DNA from: Antedon mediterranea
Lineage: Eukaryota; Animalia; Echinodermata
Reading direction: 5' to 3'
NCBI RefSeq assembly: GCF_964355755.1
Contig: NC_092680.1
Coordinates: 3,100,001 to 3,164,000 of the forward strand
Length of the DNA stretch: 64,000 nt
Positions 52,580 to 64,000 of the stretch are shown piece by piece. A model generated the notes under the pieces. That model searched no databases. It worked only from the letters and a program-made list of their open reading frames with translations, and was not told the DNA's origin. A program made the position numbers and the translations under genes. Position 1 is the first letter of the stretch, and each line of letters opens with the position of its first letter.

Positions 52580-53292
52580 GTTTATGAATGAGTAGGGTTA
52601 CACCTAAACGTTGTCATTGAAGTGCTCATTGTTTTCTGATAGGTATGGAATGCTGAATAGAAAAAGTTTTGTTTTTCTATTTAATTCATCAGTTGATACT
52701 GCTGTTGTAGTATTTTATTTTAAGCATACTTTTAAAGTCACGCCACAATTTGTGGGTCTATGAATGAGGGCTACACCTAAACGTTTTCATCGAAGCGCAA
52801 TGTCCTCATTGTTTTCTGATAGATATGGAATGTTGAATGGAAAAAGCTTTTTTTAATATTTATTTCAGTGCTGTTGTAGTTTTTTTTATAAGCATACTTT
52901 GAAGCAGGTGGAGGTGAAAAAATGCACTCCCTAGTCTAATTCCGCTGTTCATTTTGCTTTATTTTCGCATTGAAGAAACGGCATAAATCAACTAAAAGTA
53001 AATCAATTTCGTTTAGCCTAACAAAATGCAATAGAAGTCCAAATACTGTATGTAGACGATGCGACTGTTTAGATTTAACATTAAACTAATATGATTAATA
53101 TTGGCCTACAACCTATATACTGTATATATAATACCGCTGTTCATTTTGCTTTATTTTGGCATTGAATGAACGGCATAGATCTGAGTAAATCAATTTAGTT
53201 TAGCCTTTAAAAATGCAATAGAGAACTCTATATACTGTGAATGTTTATATTTAACATTAAACTAATATCATTAATATTGGCCTATAACCTAC
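52580..53292. repeat. Two adjacent tandem duplications (~175 bp x2, then ~190 bp x2)
   Basis: TATGAATGAG...TACACCTAAACGTT...CTCATTGTTTTCTGATAG twice; CCGCTGTTCATTTTGCTTTATTTT...TTAACATTAAACTAATAT twice. Confidence 0.85.
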
Positions 53293-54970
53293 ATAATTAA
53301 ACAGGTTTATTTATAACTTTATAACTTTATTACTTTCGTTGAATGATTTATCGATTCGATGACTGTGAATAATAAAAGTGATGTTGCTTCATCCAACTCA
53401 TCAAAATGACGTCACCGCGTAAGAATTAAAGATGACGGAAGCTTACGGTAATATCACAATATTATAAAACCCATCACATGATAGCATTAGTGAGATTCAG
53501 ACTCGATGAGTAATAATACAGTAGCATAGAAGATGATATTTACTTGTCAAAACTATTAAAGAAGTTCATCAACTTTCAAAGCCAGGGTGGGGGGATACAC
53601 GGATGATGAAAAGTTTACCTTTTTTTAGGCCTCAAAACAGAATCAAACAGAAAAAAAGATCACTTCGGTCACGCACCAAATTAGATCACTGATTTGATTG
53701 ATTGAAGTAATGGTAACTAAATATAATATAATATAATTTGATTTTTTGATTAATATGATTTTTGTTTATTATTATAAGCGAACTTACAGTCTTTGTTATA
53801 GGCCTAGCTATTGTAAAACCAGTTGAAATTTGACCAACATAGAATACAATATATACAATGGAGAATAACTTATTTCTCCATGTATATACCAAAAAGATAT
53901 TTACTTATGCGTGATCCAAATGGATGAAAATAAATAAATGAAAGAGAAGGATATAAAGAATGAACTATTAAACGAAAGAATGAAGAAATCAATGAATGGA
54001 TGAACAAGTGTGAAATAATTAACACAACGACATAACAATAACGACGATGATAAATAATCAATAACCGATTTATTTTAGTATTATAAATTAAATTATTTAT
54101 TGTTGTTTGTAGCACAAAAAACTGATTTGTCTTTGTATAAATTTCTACAGAAGAGTAGGCCTATAACAACACAATGGAATAACGGTTTATTCTGATGATA
54201 TTAGAACATTTTATTGAAAGCTATACTCTACCAGTAGATCTATAGCTGTGAGCAATGAATCATACTTTAATTAAATGAATTTGGAATACTAATTGTTGTT
54301 GTTCCGTGGAGTTGCCAGCGTCTGCTATTCTCGTAAAATAATGATGGGGGTTTCTTTCACGTGGAGCAAGTGGCTTTGTCCGTGGTGTAGCTGTAACGAG
54401 ATAGATCTCGGGGGTGCAACCTCGCTTTATTTGATTTACATCAAAAGCAAATTGTGAATGATTTTTATTTCATATGACAAACATTACAAAAGTAGTTTCG
54501 GCATGTATAAATAACTGAACTTAAATAACATAAACGGATACCAGTGGGATATTTGTGTTAAACAAAACAAAGAATGGATCGGCGGACAAAATGTTTTATT
54601 TTGTATATTTAATTTCGGTACAAAATATAGAAAAATACATACAAAAAAATGATACAAAGTATAAACAAAAGCGAACATAGTCACTGTAGGAAGACTTTCC
54701 ATTAACAGCAGAAATATAGGCCTTATACACTAATAAAATAATTAGAATAATTCTAAAGCAAAATGTAAATTACAGTACTAAAAAAATGGCAATTATGTGG
54801 GTACCAGTGGCTGGACCTCAATGGAGATACAAATGAAATAAGCAAAAACCTAAACAAAAACGATAAAGTAAAACAGTCAGAAAGAAATTGTAGAGATCTG
54901 AGGTACGGTAGCTAACCCTTCCGCAATTTTAACTAAATTGAAGAAATAGAAATTATGATTGGGTTGGACT

Positions 54971-54982
54971 TGACATCTGTCA
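54971..54982. promoter_or_regulatory. TGIF/MEIS/PKNOX dimer-type site
   Basis: TGACATCTGTCA, one mismatch from the palindrome TGACAGCTGTCA; further TGACAG at ~55013. Confidence 0.4.
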
Positions 54983-57900
54983 TCATTGTATGGGCGTGGC
55001 ACCTTATCACATGACAGTTCCTATCACGAGGAAGACAATTTACTGTTGAAACGTAACCGGAGCGTTTATTTTTACAATAAATAATGTACCGGTATTATAG
55101 TACCCATCATTATTTCCTTCTTCCGTAATATGCCAGTTTCCAAATCAATATTCCATTGAACATGTTTATGTTTCGTTTTGACTTTTAGTTTTCGCTACCG
55201 GTAAGGTTTAAAAATGGTAATATCTACACATAGGTAAATGATTTAGTCTATAGGCCTGGATTAGAATGTTACTAATAATAACATGAGGAGGAAGAAACCT
55301 CCTTTAGATGATCCCATTTGCATGAAATTGGGTAAAGGTTCAATATGTACGCATGGACTTCTTCAATACAATTTTAGAAATGCAAGTCATTAAAACATTG
55401 TAATGCAGTATAGTACAGTAGGACCATGATGGTCATGTATGTTACTGACGTCATAATTAAGAGTCTCTATAAACGTAAAAGAGTGAAGTTTTTCACTGTT
55501 TTTCGACTATTGAGCCATTTTCTCTATTCAAACGTGTGAAATTAAGATAATTTTTTAGTGAATTTTTCTTTCATGTTGGCTTATACTACAAACTGCAAAG
55601 CCACTATAGATTGTTCCAAACACTCAAGTGTCAAAAAAAGTTTCAAAAGTTGTCTAATGCTAGGAGGCAAGGACGTTGTCCAATCACAAGCGTTGGATTA
55701 TCCGAACTCTCGATTGTCATTGGTCAATCGCTTGGGTTAAGTTTACGTTTTTGCATTGCGTCAAAGTGGGAATGTTATCGCCTTGCAGTTTAAGATTTTT
55801 TTATTAGTAGGCCTACTGGTAAACTGCTGTCAATTCGCATGAATCGTTATTTTTTTATTTTAAGTACTAGTAAACGCATGAATCGTCATTTTCCGAGAAG
55901 AAAAATGATTAGATTGTTCTCGCTTACAATCTACTTGTCAAATGCACAGGTATTTGCACATTAACAAAACCGGGGGTTTATTAGGCGTACAGTAATTCCC
56001 GCCAAAAATCGAACATAATGACAAGTGATATTTTTTAAGACTCTTCCGGGTTACGCTTGCCGCCAAAACGGAAAAGTTGGCCGTCTGCCAAATGCACTGA
56101 CAATCAAAAAAAAAAAGGAAGACTAGATTAATTCATTTATAACAGGGAATTTCCTTTCTGTTTCTGGGTAAAGCATTCCGTTGTTTATTTCATCCCGAAA
56201 AATAACCCATATGACGTTTTTCAAATATTATATTACTGTACTCTGTACCGTATGTAAGTTGTGATTTTGTTCTATTATGATATCACAGTAAATAGGCCTC
56301 ATAATAATAATAATAATAATTGTGTCGGCATGTTATATTGCTGCTAAGTGGGTCGCGGCGTGACGGTCGTGCCTGTCAAAATTACAATTGACATTATTAT
56401 TAGGCCTACGTAGTAAAGTTTCGTTGTGGTGGTCTCTCTGTGGTGTTTATGTCGTCGTTTAAAGTGGAATCATTTATATTTACCATGTATTTACCAGTGA
56501 TATAGGCCTACAGTCAATATATATTGAGCCATGCTTTCAGATGCATGCAATGAAGTACTGTAGGCCTACAAAATTCGGGTAATTCGTCAAATTACTCGCG
56601 TTGCACCTTAGTGCTTGAGAGGTTATCACATTATGACCATGCCCTTCCGGACGGTACATCACTCACTGGCAATACAATTTTTTGTCATCGATGATGTTGC
56701 CCAACTTCTTCTTTCACATAATTTGCTGTATTCGTTCCGTCAACACAACTTGATGATTCACAAATAGCCCTGACACACGTTATACGCATGCGTACTAAAC
56801 CATCATTGTCATTGTATGGATTAGAACATAAATAACTTGCATAATAAAACGACTGTTCCCTGGTTCACACAACTAAAAAGGCAATTCACCTTACATGTCA
56901 ATGCTCTTTTCTTTTGCGCGCAATGTGCAATTTAAAACCATTATTCTGCCGTTACAATTTCCAGGATACCTCATTATTACTTTTATCTCACTTATCCGGC
57001 GTTGAATTAAGATCAGTTCAGTGGCCGTTACTGTCAGCTACCTTTCCGGTGCGCCAGGCTGGAAACTTCCGAGTGAATTGACATCTGGCAAAACATTTTC
57101 CCCCATATTCAACACACCAACCGCATACATTTTGGTATGATTTCAAAGGGGGTGCGAGAATGAAGATGGGATAAGGCCCTGATGAGTGTTGCCGCTGCTG
57201 TTGTACCAACAAAAATCATATTCCATTAAGAGTACATTAACATTTTATGTTGTGCACTTTGCTTGGGTTACCGACTAAATGTGTAACTATAGGCCTAATA
57301 GGCCTACTCGATCGTCTTGTTTAATTTTTGAATCTATGTCTTTGAATTCTAGTGTTCATAATCGGTACGTTATTGACCAAACAACAGTACTGGTGACTGG
57401 GGTCATACTCTAAAGCAAAATGGGAAATGGTGATAAAAATGGGGAAATAAAGTAGGCCTACAATTATTCAATTATCATCAGAATTGTCTCTCTCGACCAA
57501 TCTTGCCGCTTCTCCTCCCCAGGCTACCGGTCACGTACAAGCTGATTTATACAATGTGCTTGTTTCTGGGAGATAAGGCATCTCTTCCTGCCACCGGGAT
57601 TTTAGGTTCTATGTGCTTGCATCTAGGACCCAGTGTTACTGATGAATTATCACCGCGTGGTCCATTACTAATCTTTGGTACCGGTTGGATTTTAAACAAA
57701 AAACCCGGTCTTCCTCCTTTTTATAAATTCTGTTCAAAATGCACCTGTTGCGTAAGCCTACATTTCTAATACATCAAAGTTCCAATTTTGTATTATGTTA
57801 ATAAAAATATATAAGTATTTAATATCGTCATATCGTACAAAGGTCCAATCATTTACCAAGTAGCGGTACCGATACTATGATGGTGGTCAAAGTTTTCACT

Positions 57901-58459
57901 TTTTTGTGGGAAATTTTGAAACATCGGTATGTTGAATTTTTCAGTGGAAGTTGGCTTACCGACTATAAACATATCCTTTTCTCGAAAATGAAACCGTTTT
58001 CACTTCAAGGAATATGCACCAAGAATGCTAGATTTGCATTCTTATCAATTACCAACAACCCATGATGCTACAATGCCAGTAACGGAATACGTATAACCTA
58101 TAAAATCTACAGTAGACACATGTTACATTCATGACATTCATGTCAAATTCACCTTCAATATAGGCCTAGGTGTAGCTAAAAATAACTTGTTTTCCACTTG
58201 TAGTTCTCCTGTCACAAAGTGAGAGATAACAGTATGTGTGCGTACCGATTCCCAGTACTGTATCTCCACATACTGCTGTATCTATTTCCGAATATTTAGT
58301 AATACAGCATCTCATTTTTATCACATGTTATGCCTGTATCATGTAAGGTTAGGTTAAGGGCTATGTTACTACTAGATACATGTGAAACACATGTGATGTT
58401 GTATTACCAAATATTATTCCAATGGTACTTCGCAAATAGACACAGTGCCGAGAATCGGC

Positions 58460-58805
58460 TGTGTAGTGGAGATGAAAAAACAAAACCACATATATAAAGT
58501 AGACTCCTCCATTAGGGCAGACTCGGGGTATACCTCCAATAAGGTACACTTTTCTTCGATACTTGTACTTATACGGCAATTTCTGTTAAGTGTGTCTCTA
58601 TTAAGTGGACAATTTGGGTTGGGTCCCAGGGCTTTGCTGTGTAGTGGAGATAAACAATACAAAACCACATGATATCAAAATAGAACACCCTCAATTGGGA
58701 CAGATTTGGGGTAAACCTCCAATAGGGGACACTTTTGCTTGATACTTATACGGCAATTTCTGTTTAGTGGGCCTCTATTAAGTGGACACTTGGGGTCCCT
58801 GGGGT
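58460..58805. repeat. ~180 bp tandem duplication, probably derived from a Tc1/pogo-type MITE
   Basis: CTGTGTAGTGGAGAT...AAAACCACAT...CCTCCAATA...TACTTATACGGCAATTTCTGTT...CTCTATTAAGTGGACA twice. Confidence 0.75.
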
Positions 58806-58972
58806 GTTTCTGTATATTGTAAAGTAATAAAGGATTTGAACAGAGTTGAGTTGGTGAATGAATGAACAATGACAGTTTAATTCATTTTAATTGGTAATTA
58901 ATGATCGACAAACACGATCGTTATGGATGTGGTTACATCGTATTATGGTTATCTTCCAGGAACTTGCTAAAG

Positions 58973-59119
58973 TATACTACCAAACTTTATGTGACAAAAA
59001 AAAATGTCGTAAGCCCATGTATGGACATGATGATGTCATATCACTACCATAGTTGGGCATATGACTACCATATTTGGGCACATCACGCTTTTTTTTTGTC
59101 AAACTAGTTTGATAGAGCT
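58973..59119. mobile_element. Copy of the Harbinger-like MITE family
   Basis: CAAACTTTATGTGACAAAA...TGGACATGATGATGTCATATCACTACCATA...GTTTGATAGAGCT. Confidence 0.8.
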
Positions 59120-60739
59120 TTACGTTGGGCCGCCAAACACTATGCATTTAAAAGGCACATCTGTAGGCTACATGCATAATAAACTGTAAATGCCAGGAGT
59201 TGGCCAAAGTTGTAGACATCCATGAGTTACGAAATTACTGTGACACATAATCTAATTATTGCTAGTATAGTAATAGATGGGGTACGGCAATAGAACGAGT
59301 AGGCCTATAGCTAGGGCGAGAGAGAATAACTAAAGAACTATTGCACTTCTTCGGATGTTGGGCACACGCAATCATCAAAATGCATCGACGGGTTTTCCTT
59401 GATTTTCCAAACAACCATCTTAAATTTCATATGCCAACATACAGTGCACTGTGTGTGGTGGTCATTTTAATCATTCTTGGAAAAACCCATTTTCCTCCCA
59501 AACCTTAATTCGTTTCCGGTTGCTGTTGTTTAAAGATGAAATGTCACTTCTTTTTTTCAATTGGTGAATTATAATAGGCCTTTGCAATAACATACGTAAA
59601 TACCGGCAAACAGCATTTGACATTTCAAAATGGGTACCGGTATATCAAACTATCACGCAGAATTTCGAAACATAACACATTTTTTTGTAATGAAAACAGT
59701 TTTTTTTTATTGACAAAAATCGTCAGTACAGTATTGGATTTTACACAAAATGGAACCATTGTTGCGTTATGTACAAAAACAAAAATATCAAAAATTAACA
59801 CAGCAACCTGCAATTTACCCTTTCTAGAAACATTTTTTTTTCAAAGCATTTTAAACATTCTTTAATACAAATGACGAACATTTTTTGTACAAAAGCTTAC
59901 ATAGAGCGCCACACGTCATACGATAATAAAGAGCAATGGAAATGCATCGACACAGACGGATTGGAAATTGTACGGAAATTGGCTAATAAATTATTTATAA
60001 AACTGTTTGGTATGTATCTTGCATCGTTAAGTGGAATTAAATAGGAAGAAATTGGAACACTAAGTATAGTTGTATATGATAAGTTATAACAAAATTATAC
60101 TACGCTAAATCAACGTTGAAACGAATAGCCTACACTTCTGCATTTAAAGTTTTAGTCAAGGTAATTTGGGTTTACACCTGTCACAGGTGTATTCTTCCAG
60201 AAACATTATATACCTTTCGTTTTCGCGACGCGCCGCTAAATTACGCGCAGCTATTGAGTCGAAAATTATTCTGCGCATACTCATATGTTTCTGAGCATGG
60301 TGCAAAATGACATTCTTACTCAATAGAGTCACGTCGTGAAAGCGAAGGTTTCTAACTTCGAACTGTACTAAGCTATCAGGAAAAAGTTAGATTTGTATAA
60401 AATTACGCATGCGCAGAGGCGAGTATGCGTAAAGTACAATGTGATGGATTACAATTTCAAACGCATAATCAAGTAAACTTTCGAAAGGGAATTATAAAAA
60501 GTACTGTTGGCATAATTAACCTTCTAATTAAGCAATATTTAAGCGTCAATAATGGAATGTATCAAATACATCTTTAAAATATAAAATGTTTCTTCTTTCA
60601 ATAAACTGATAACAAATAATAATAATACGGTACTGCATTTCCCTAATCATGTAGCACTGTGGGAGTTGGTCTTGTTGAGTCAAATAAACCGTCTGTTAGG
60701 CCTATAGTAAGGCCCTACTTATCTTTTTTTAAAGTCAAC

Positions 60740-61842
60740 TCATGCATTTACAGCCACCCCAAATGAATGTTCATACTTTTTAGGCCGATGGTGATTTGTT
60801 GTCTGCCTTTCGCTTTCCCGCCTCGACACTGCGGCCTCAACCAAAACATCAAATTTACTAAAGGCGTTTCCATTGTTACACTGGGTTTCTTTGGTAAAGT
60901 CTTTTTCTGGTGGTGGTTGTAAATTTAAATTATATTTCCTTGTAGAGTTGAATGTTTCATCACGATCGTCTTTTCTATTGTCTATCGGCGATTCAGAGTC
61001 TTTTCTAACAACCAAGTTCAAAGGTGTTTCGCATTCATGTCTTCTCATCCAATGATGACGAGGGTGCTGTCCGTACATTAATCCATAATATGGTGATGGC
61101 ATAATCGGGTGCATTGGGTGCAGGGAATGCATTGTCCTGGCAGGCGGTGCCAAAAACGCTGAATAGAATGGAATAGCAGGTTCACGAGTGTCATGGCAAA
61201 TGTATGATGTTGGAGGTCGTTGCAGCTCACGATGTGGAAGAGATCGAATTGGAGACGGGGACCTTCTTCGCGAAGGTAGCAACGTTTCTGGTTGTTGAGG
61301 TGGTGTATAAGGTGGTGTTACTGGGTGGTAAGGACGTTCCATTGGAGAGATACTCTCAGATTTTGTATCTTCCTCATCAATGTCTTTTGTCGAATCAGTT
61401 TCACTTTCTGTCAGTCGTCTTTCTGACGATTCGTAACTGTCAGCTTCTGAAATATCGTCCGTTTCCATCGGTTCTTCGCTGTTTTCGGATTCCTTCCTTG
61501 CCTTGGATTTTGCTGAAGTCTTTCGAGAGATTGTGAATTTGTCGGGATCGTGGCCTTCTTTTCTAATCATTTCTGGAAGGATTCTTCGCCTTGCGTTGAT
61601 GAACCAATTGCAAACTTGCAAAATTGTAAGATTAGCCATCTGGGCAAGCTGCATTTTCTCTTGATCATTCGGGTAAGCATTGTATCGATGTTCGTATAAC
61701 CATTGTTTTAATATCTTCACAGCTTCTTTTGGCAAGTTTCCTCTACGTTTCTTTGCTGGTCTTTTTTCACCAGTTTGATTAGGCTTCCGGAAAACAACTC
61801 CGATTGGCGCTGGAGGTTCAACCTCATAAGTCTTGGTACTTA
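60740..61842 (-). CDS. TGIF: TGIF-class TALE homeobox repressor, main coding exon
   Basis: [33 protein letters not shown]...[34 protein letters not shown] has the AYP TALE loop, WFINARRR and the TGIF-specific extension; TPPYTPP and FDVLVEAAV match the TGIF phosphodegron and Sin3-binding motifs; frame extends upstream of the track's TTG to acceptor TTTTTCAG at 61844-61843. Confidence 0.97.
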
Positions 61843-62841
61843 CTGAAAAACATAAAGTATAAATACATTTACTTAAACGAACATTATTCTACATATCAAG
61901 AATTGTATAGTATGACTTTATTTGACCATGGATAAATTTAATTCTCAGTGATTTGACAGAAATGTAAAGTTAAAAGCTAATATTAATCCTTTGACCTAGA
62001 TAGTTCAATCAAACACAGAACGAGATATATGAATTTGTAAATATTGACATATCGTGATTTCAAGGGACGAGTATACAAGGGGCATTGAGTTACATCCTGT
62101 ATCCTTTGTCTGCTAAAGATTGCTCATTCCATGTTCAAACTTCTGTCGAAAGACACTCAAGGTCCAATCAAATATTGTCAACAAGACATTCGGAAAAGTT
62201 TCTGACCACAAAGGATGACCCTGTACCCATATTGGCTCGACGGTTTACATTTGTCGTCCAAATAGACTTGCTTCGCGTACAATGTTAATTGATAAACCGG
62301 TCTATATTAAATTTAAAGATATTTTTCTTTTATATCAATTCAGTTAAAAAATCCAATTTAAATCACTTTAGTTTACTTCCCGACGAAATGTCATTCAAAC
62401 GTCACCGATATTGACAAGTGTGATTGTACATAAACATAAATTAACACCATGGACTTATTGACAATAAATCACTATTGTCTGTATTTACATAAAATATCGG
62501 AATCAGTGACCCGTAAGAGAAATTAGTAAACCAATTAAGATAAATGAATACGTCGTCTTAAAAGGCAATTAGCAATAAAACTTGATGGGATTTTGCTAGC
62601 ACACCATGGACATATAATTATATTTTTTATTTATTTTTTATTTTAACCATATTTAATGAGGGTGATCCATCCAGCATTTGCTGATCATTTGGGACCCTCA
62701 GTATAGGTCCACGACCACACCATTGCGCAAGAAGTATAGCTTTAATTGGAGTAAATATGTAAAAACAACAGCAATAGGCTAAGGCTCAATACATCACGTT
62801 TCAAAATTAAATTATTAAACAGAATGAACTTTAAACTTCAC

Positions 62842-62902
62842 CTGGTACAGCAGTACCACTAGACAAAGAAATATATTCTAGAAAATTCCTCCCTACAAAC
62901 AT
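62842..62902 (-). CDS. TGIF: TGIF candidate first coding exon (would give 387 aa)
   Basis: AACATG start; MFVGRNFLEYISLSSGTAVP then G|GTGAAG, phase 1, compatible with the main exon; other first exons could lie beyond the window. Confidence 0.5.
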
Positions 62903-63060
62903 GTTGCTGGTATTTTGTAAGTAATTAAGTTATTCCTTTACGGTTGTTCTGCTCTCGGGGATATTATAATATTTTCTAAAATTCGAGTTCAATGGTAATC
63001 TTGTTAGGCTTACTACCTGCATTTTTAAAACCCTTTTCTCGTTTCATTCATAAAAGGCAA

Positions 63061-63990
63061 CACGTGGTCGCTTTTGATACAACAGGCTTTTATTTAACAA
63101 GCCACGAAACGGTATCTGATTGGTTCTTTCCATACGAAACTCAGCACGTGTTTTAATGGTCGGGTTTTCCTGTACTTTTAGTTGCAACGCAATGAGTTTT
63201 TAGAGAAAAAAATGAAGGAAAATTAGTAGGCAATTAGAGTGAACATTATTCTAGATTGTATTAACAGTTATTTCTTGCACGTAAAATTAATTCAATTGTT
63301 TTCAACTATGGAGTGATAGGTCTAAGCAATCAAAAAGTCAACTGTAAGTTATTCGTAGCCAATCTGCGTTATTGAATAATGAGTAAAAAATACGAGCTAC
63401 AGACGTTTGACACGTGTGGCATCTCATACATAATGGTGCAGCATTCGGGAATTGAAAAGCAAACATCAATAATGATGATGACGCATACAACAACCGGTGT
63501 CTAGTCTTACGATGAGAAGTCAACCAGTTGTCAAAAATCTAATCAGGGTAAATTAATTTCGGATCTGATAGTGTTGTACGTCGAGAGACAGAAGGGTTGG
63601 ATCACACACAGATTCCCGCGCAAACAAAGAACACGATTTAGATTATAAACCGTCAGAATGTAATAAAAACAATGCTTGTACAAAGTATAAAAATATTAAT
63701 AATAATTATGCAAATAAAATAAAATTACGATTCAGTTATTATGTATATTTCAGTTATGATTAAGAATATTCTAGATGTTTCACTGCAAAAGAGGAGGAAA
63801 TAAAATGTCGAAGTAGACATAAAATATAAATGTAAACACAAAAAAGAAATCGCAACTAACACGTGGTTTAATTAAGAACACCATCAACGGAATTAACGGT
63901 TTCAGTTTCAGATTGAATGATGTAATTTTCAATCTGGAAAAAGCAATTAGCATTAAAGCCAAATTAATGATATGACCAAACTAACACGTG
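63061..63990 (-). promoter_or_regulatory. TGIF 5' regulatory region with five CACGTG E-boxes and CCAAT boxes
   Basis: CACGTG at 63061, 63145, 63411, 63860, 63985; GATTGG ~63118; GCCAATC ~63358. Confidence 0.55.
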
Positions 63991-64000
63991 ATCACAACCA

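Noticed and set aside
60553-60560. miR-1 8-mer site (ACATTCCA) in the putative TGIF 3' UTR
   Set aside because: A single seed match is expected by chance across many miRNA families without conservation data
61733-61735. ORF-track start of TGIF at 61735
   Set aside because: It is a TTG (Leu) inside the homeodomain N-terminal arm; the frame continues to a splice acceptor at 61843

Overview
AT-rich, intron-containing animal genomic DNA, not prokaryotic. It is probably an invertebrate deuterostome such as an echinoderm (inferred from repeat types and protein similarity, not proven). Four protein-coding genes can be built by hand from splice sites and reading frames. (1) A PIGBOS1-like microprotein (+, 8275-8460). 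(2) UQCR11/QCR10, a complex III subunit (-, coding exons 11086-11025 and 10600-10480), tail-to-tail with the first and missed by the ORF track. (3) A multi-exon C8orf89-like gene (+, 13146-30457) with four unrelated candidate N-terminal modules, all ending in phase 2 and in frame with one common exon at 25778. (4) A TGIF-class TALE homeobox gene (-, 61842-60740, candidate first coding exon 62902-62842). About 28 kb with no recognisable gene lies 3' of TGIF and carries CRE and TGIF-type motifs. Repeats include three tandem arrays (15/20 bp, 37 bp, 74 bp), MULE-, Kolobok-, Harbinger- and TA-type non-autonomous DNA elements, a tRNA-derived SINE and CR1/L2 fragments. Many tiny signatures (TACAGTA, TAGGCCTA, TSD-flanked micro-palindromes) look like transposon excision footprints. 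All homology calls are from recalled sequence; no database search was run.
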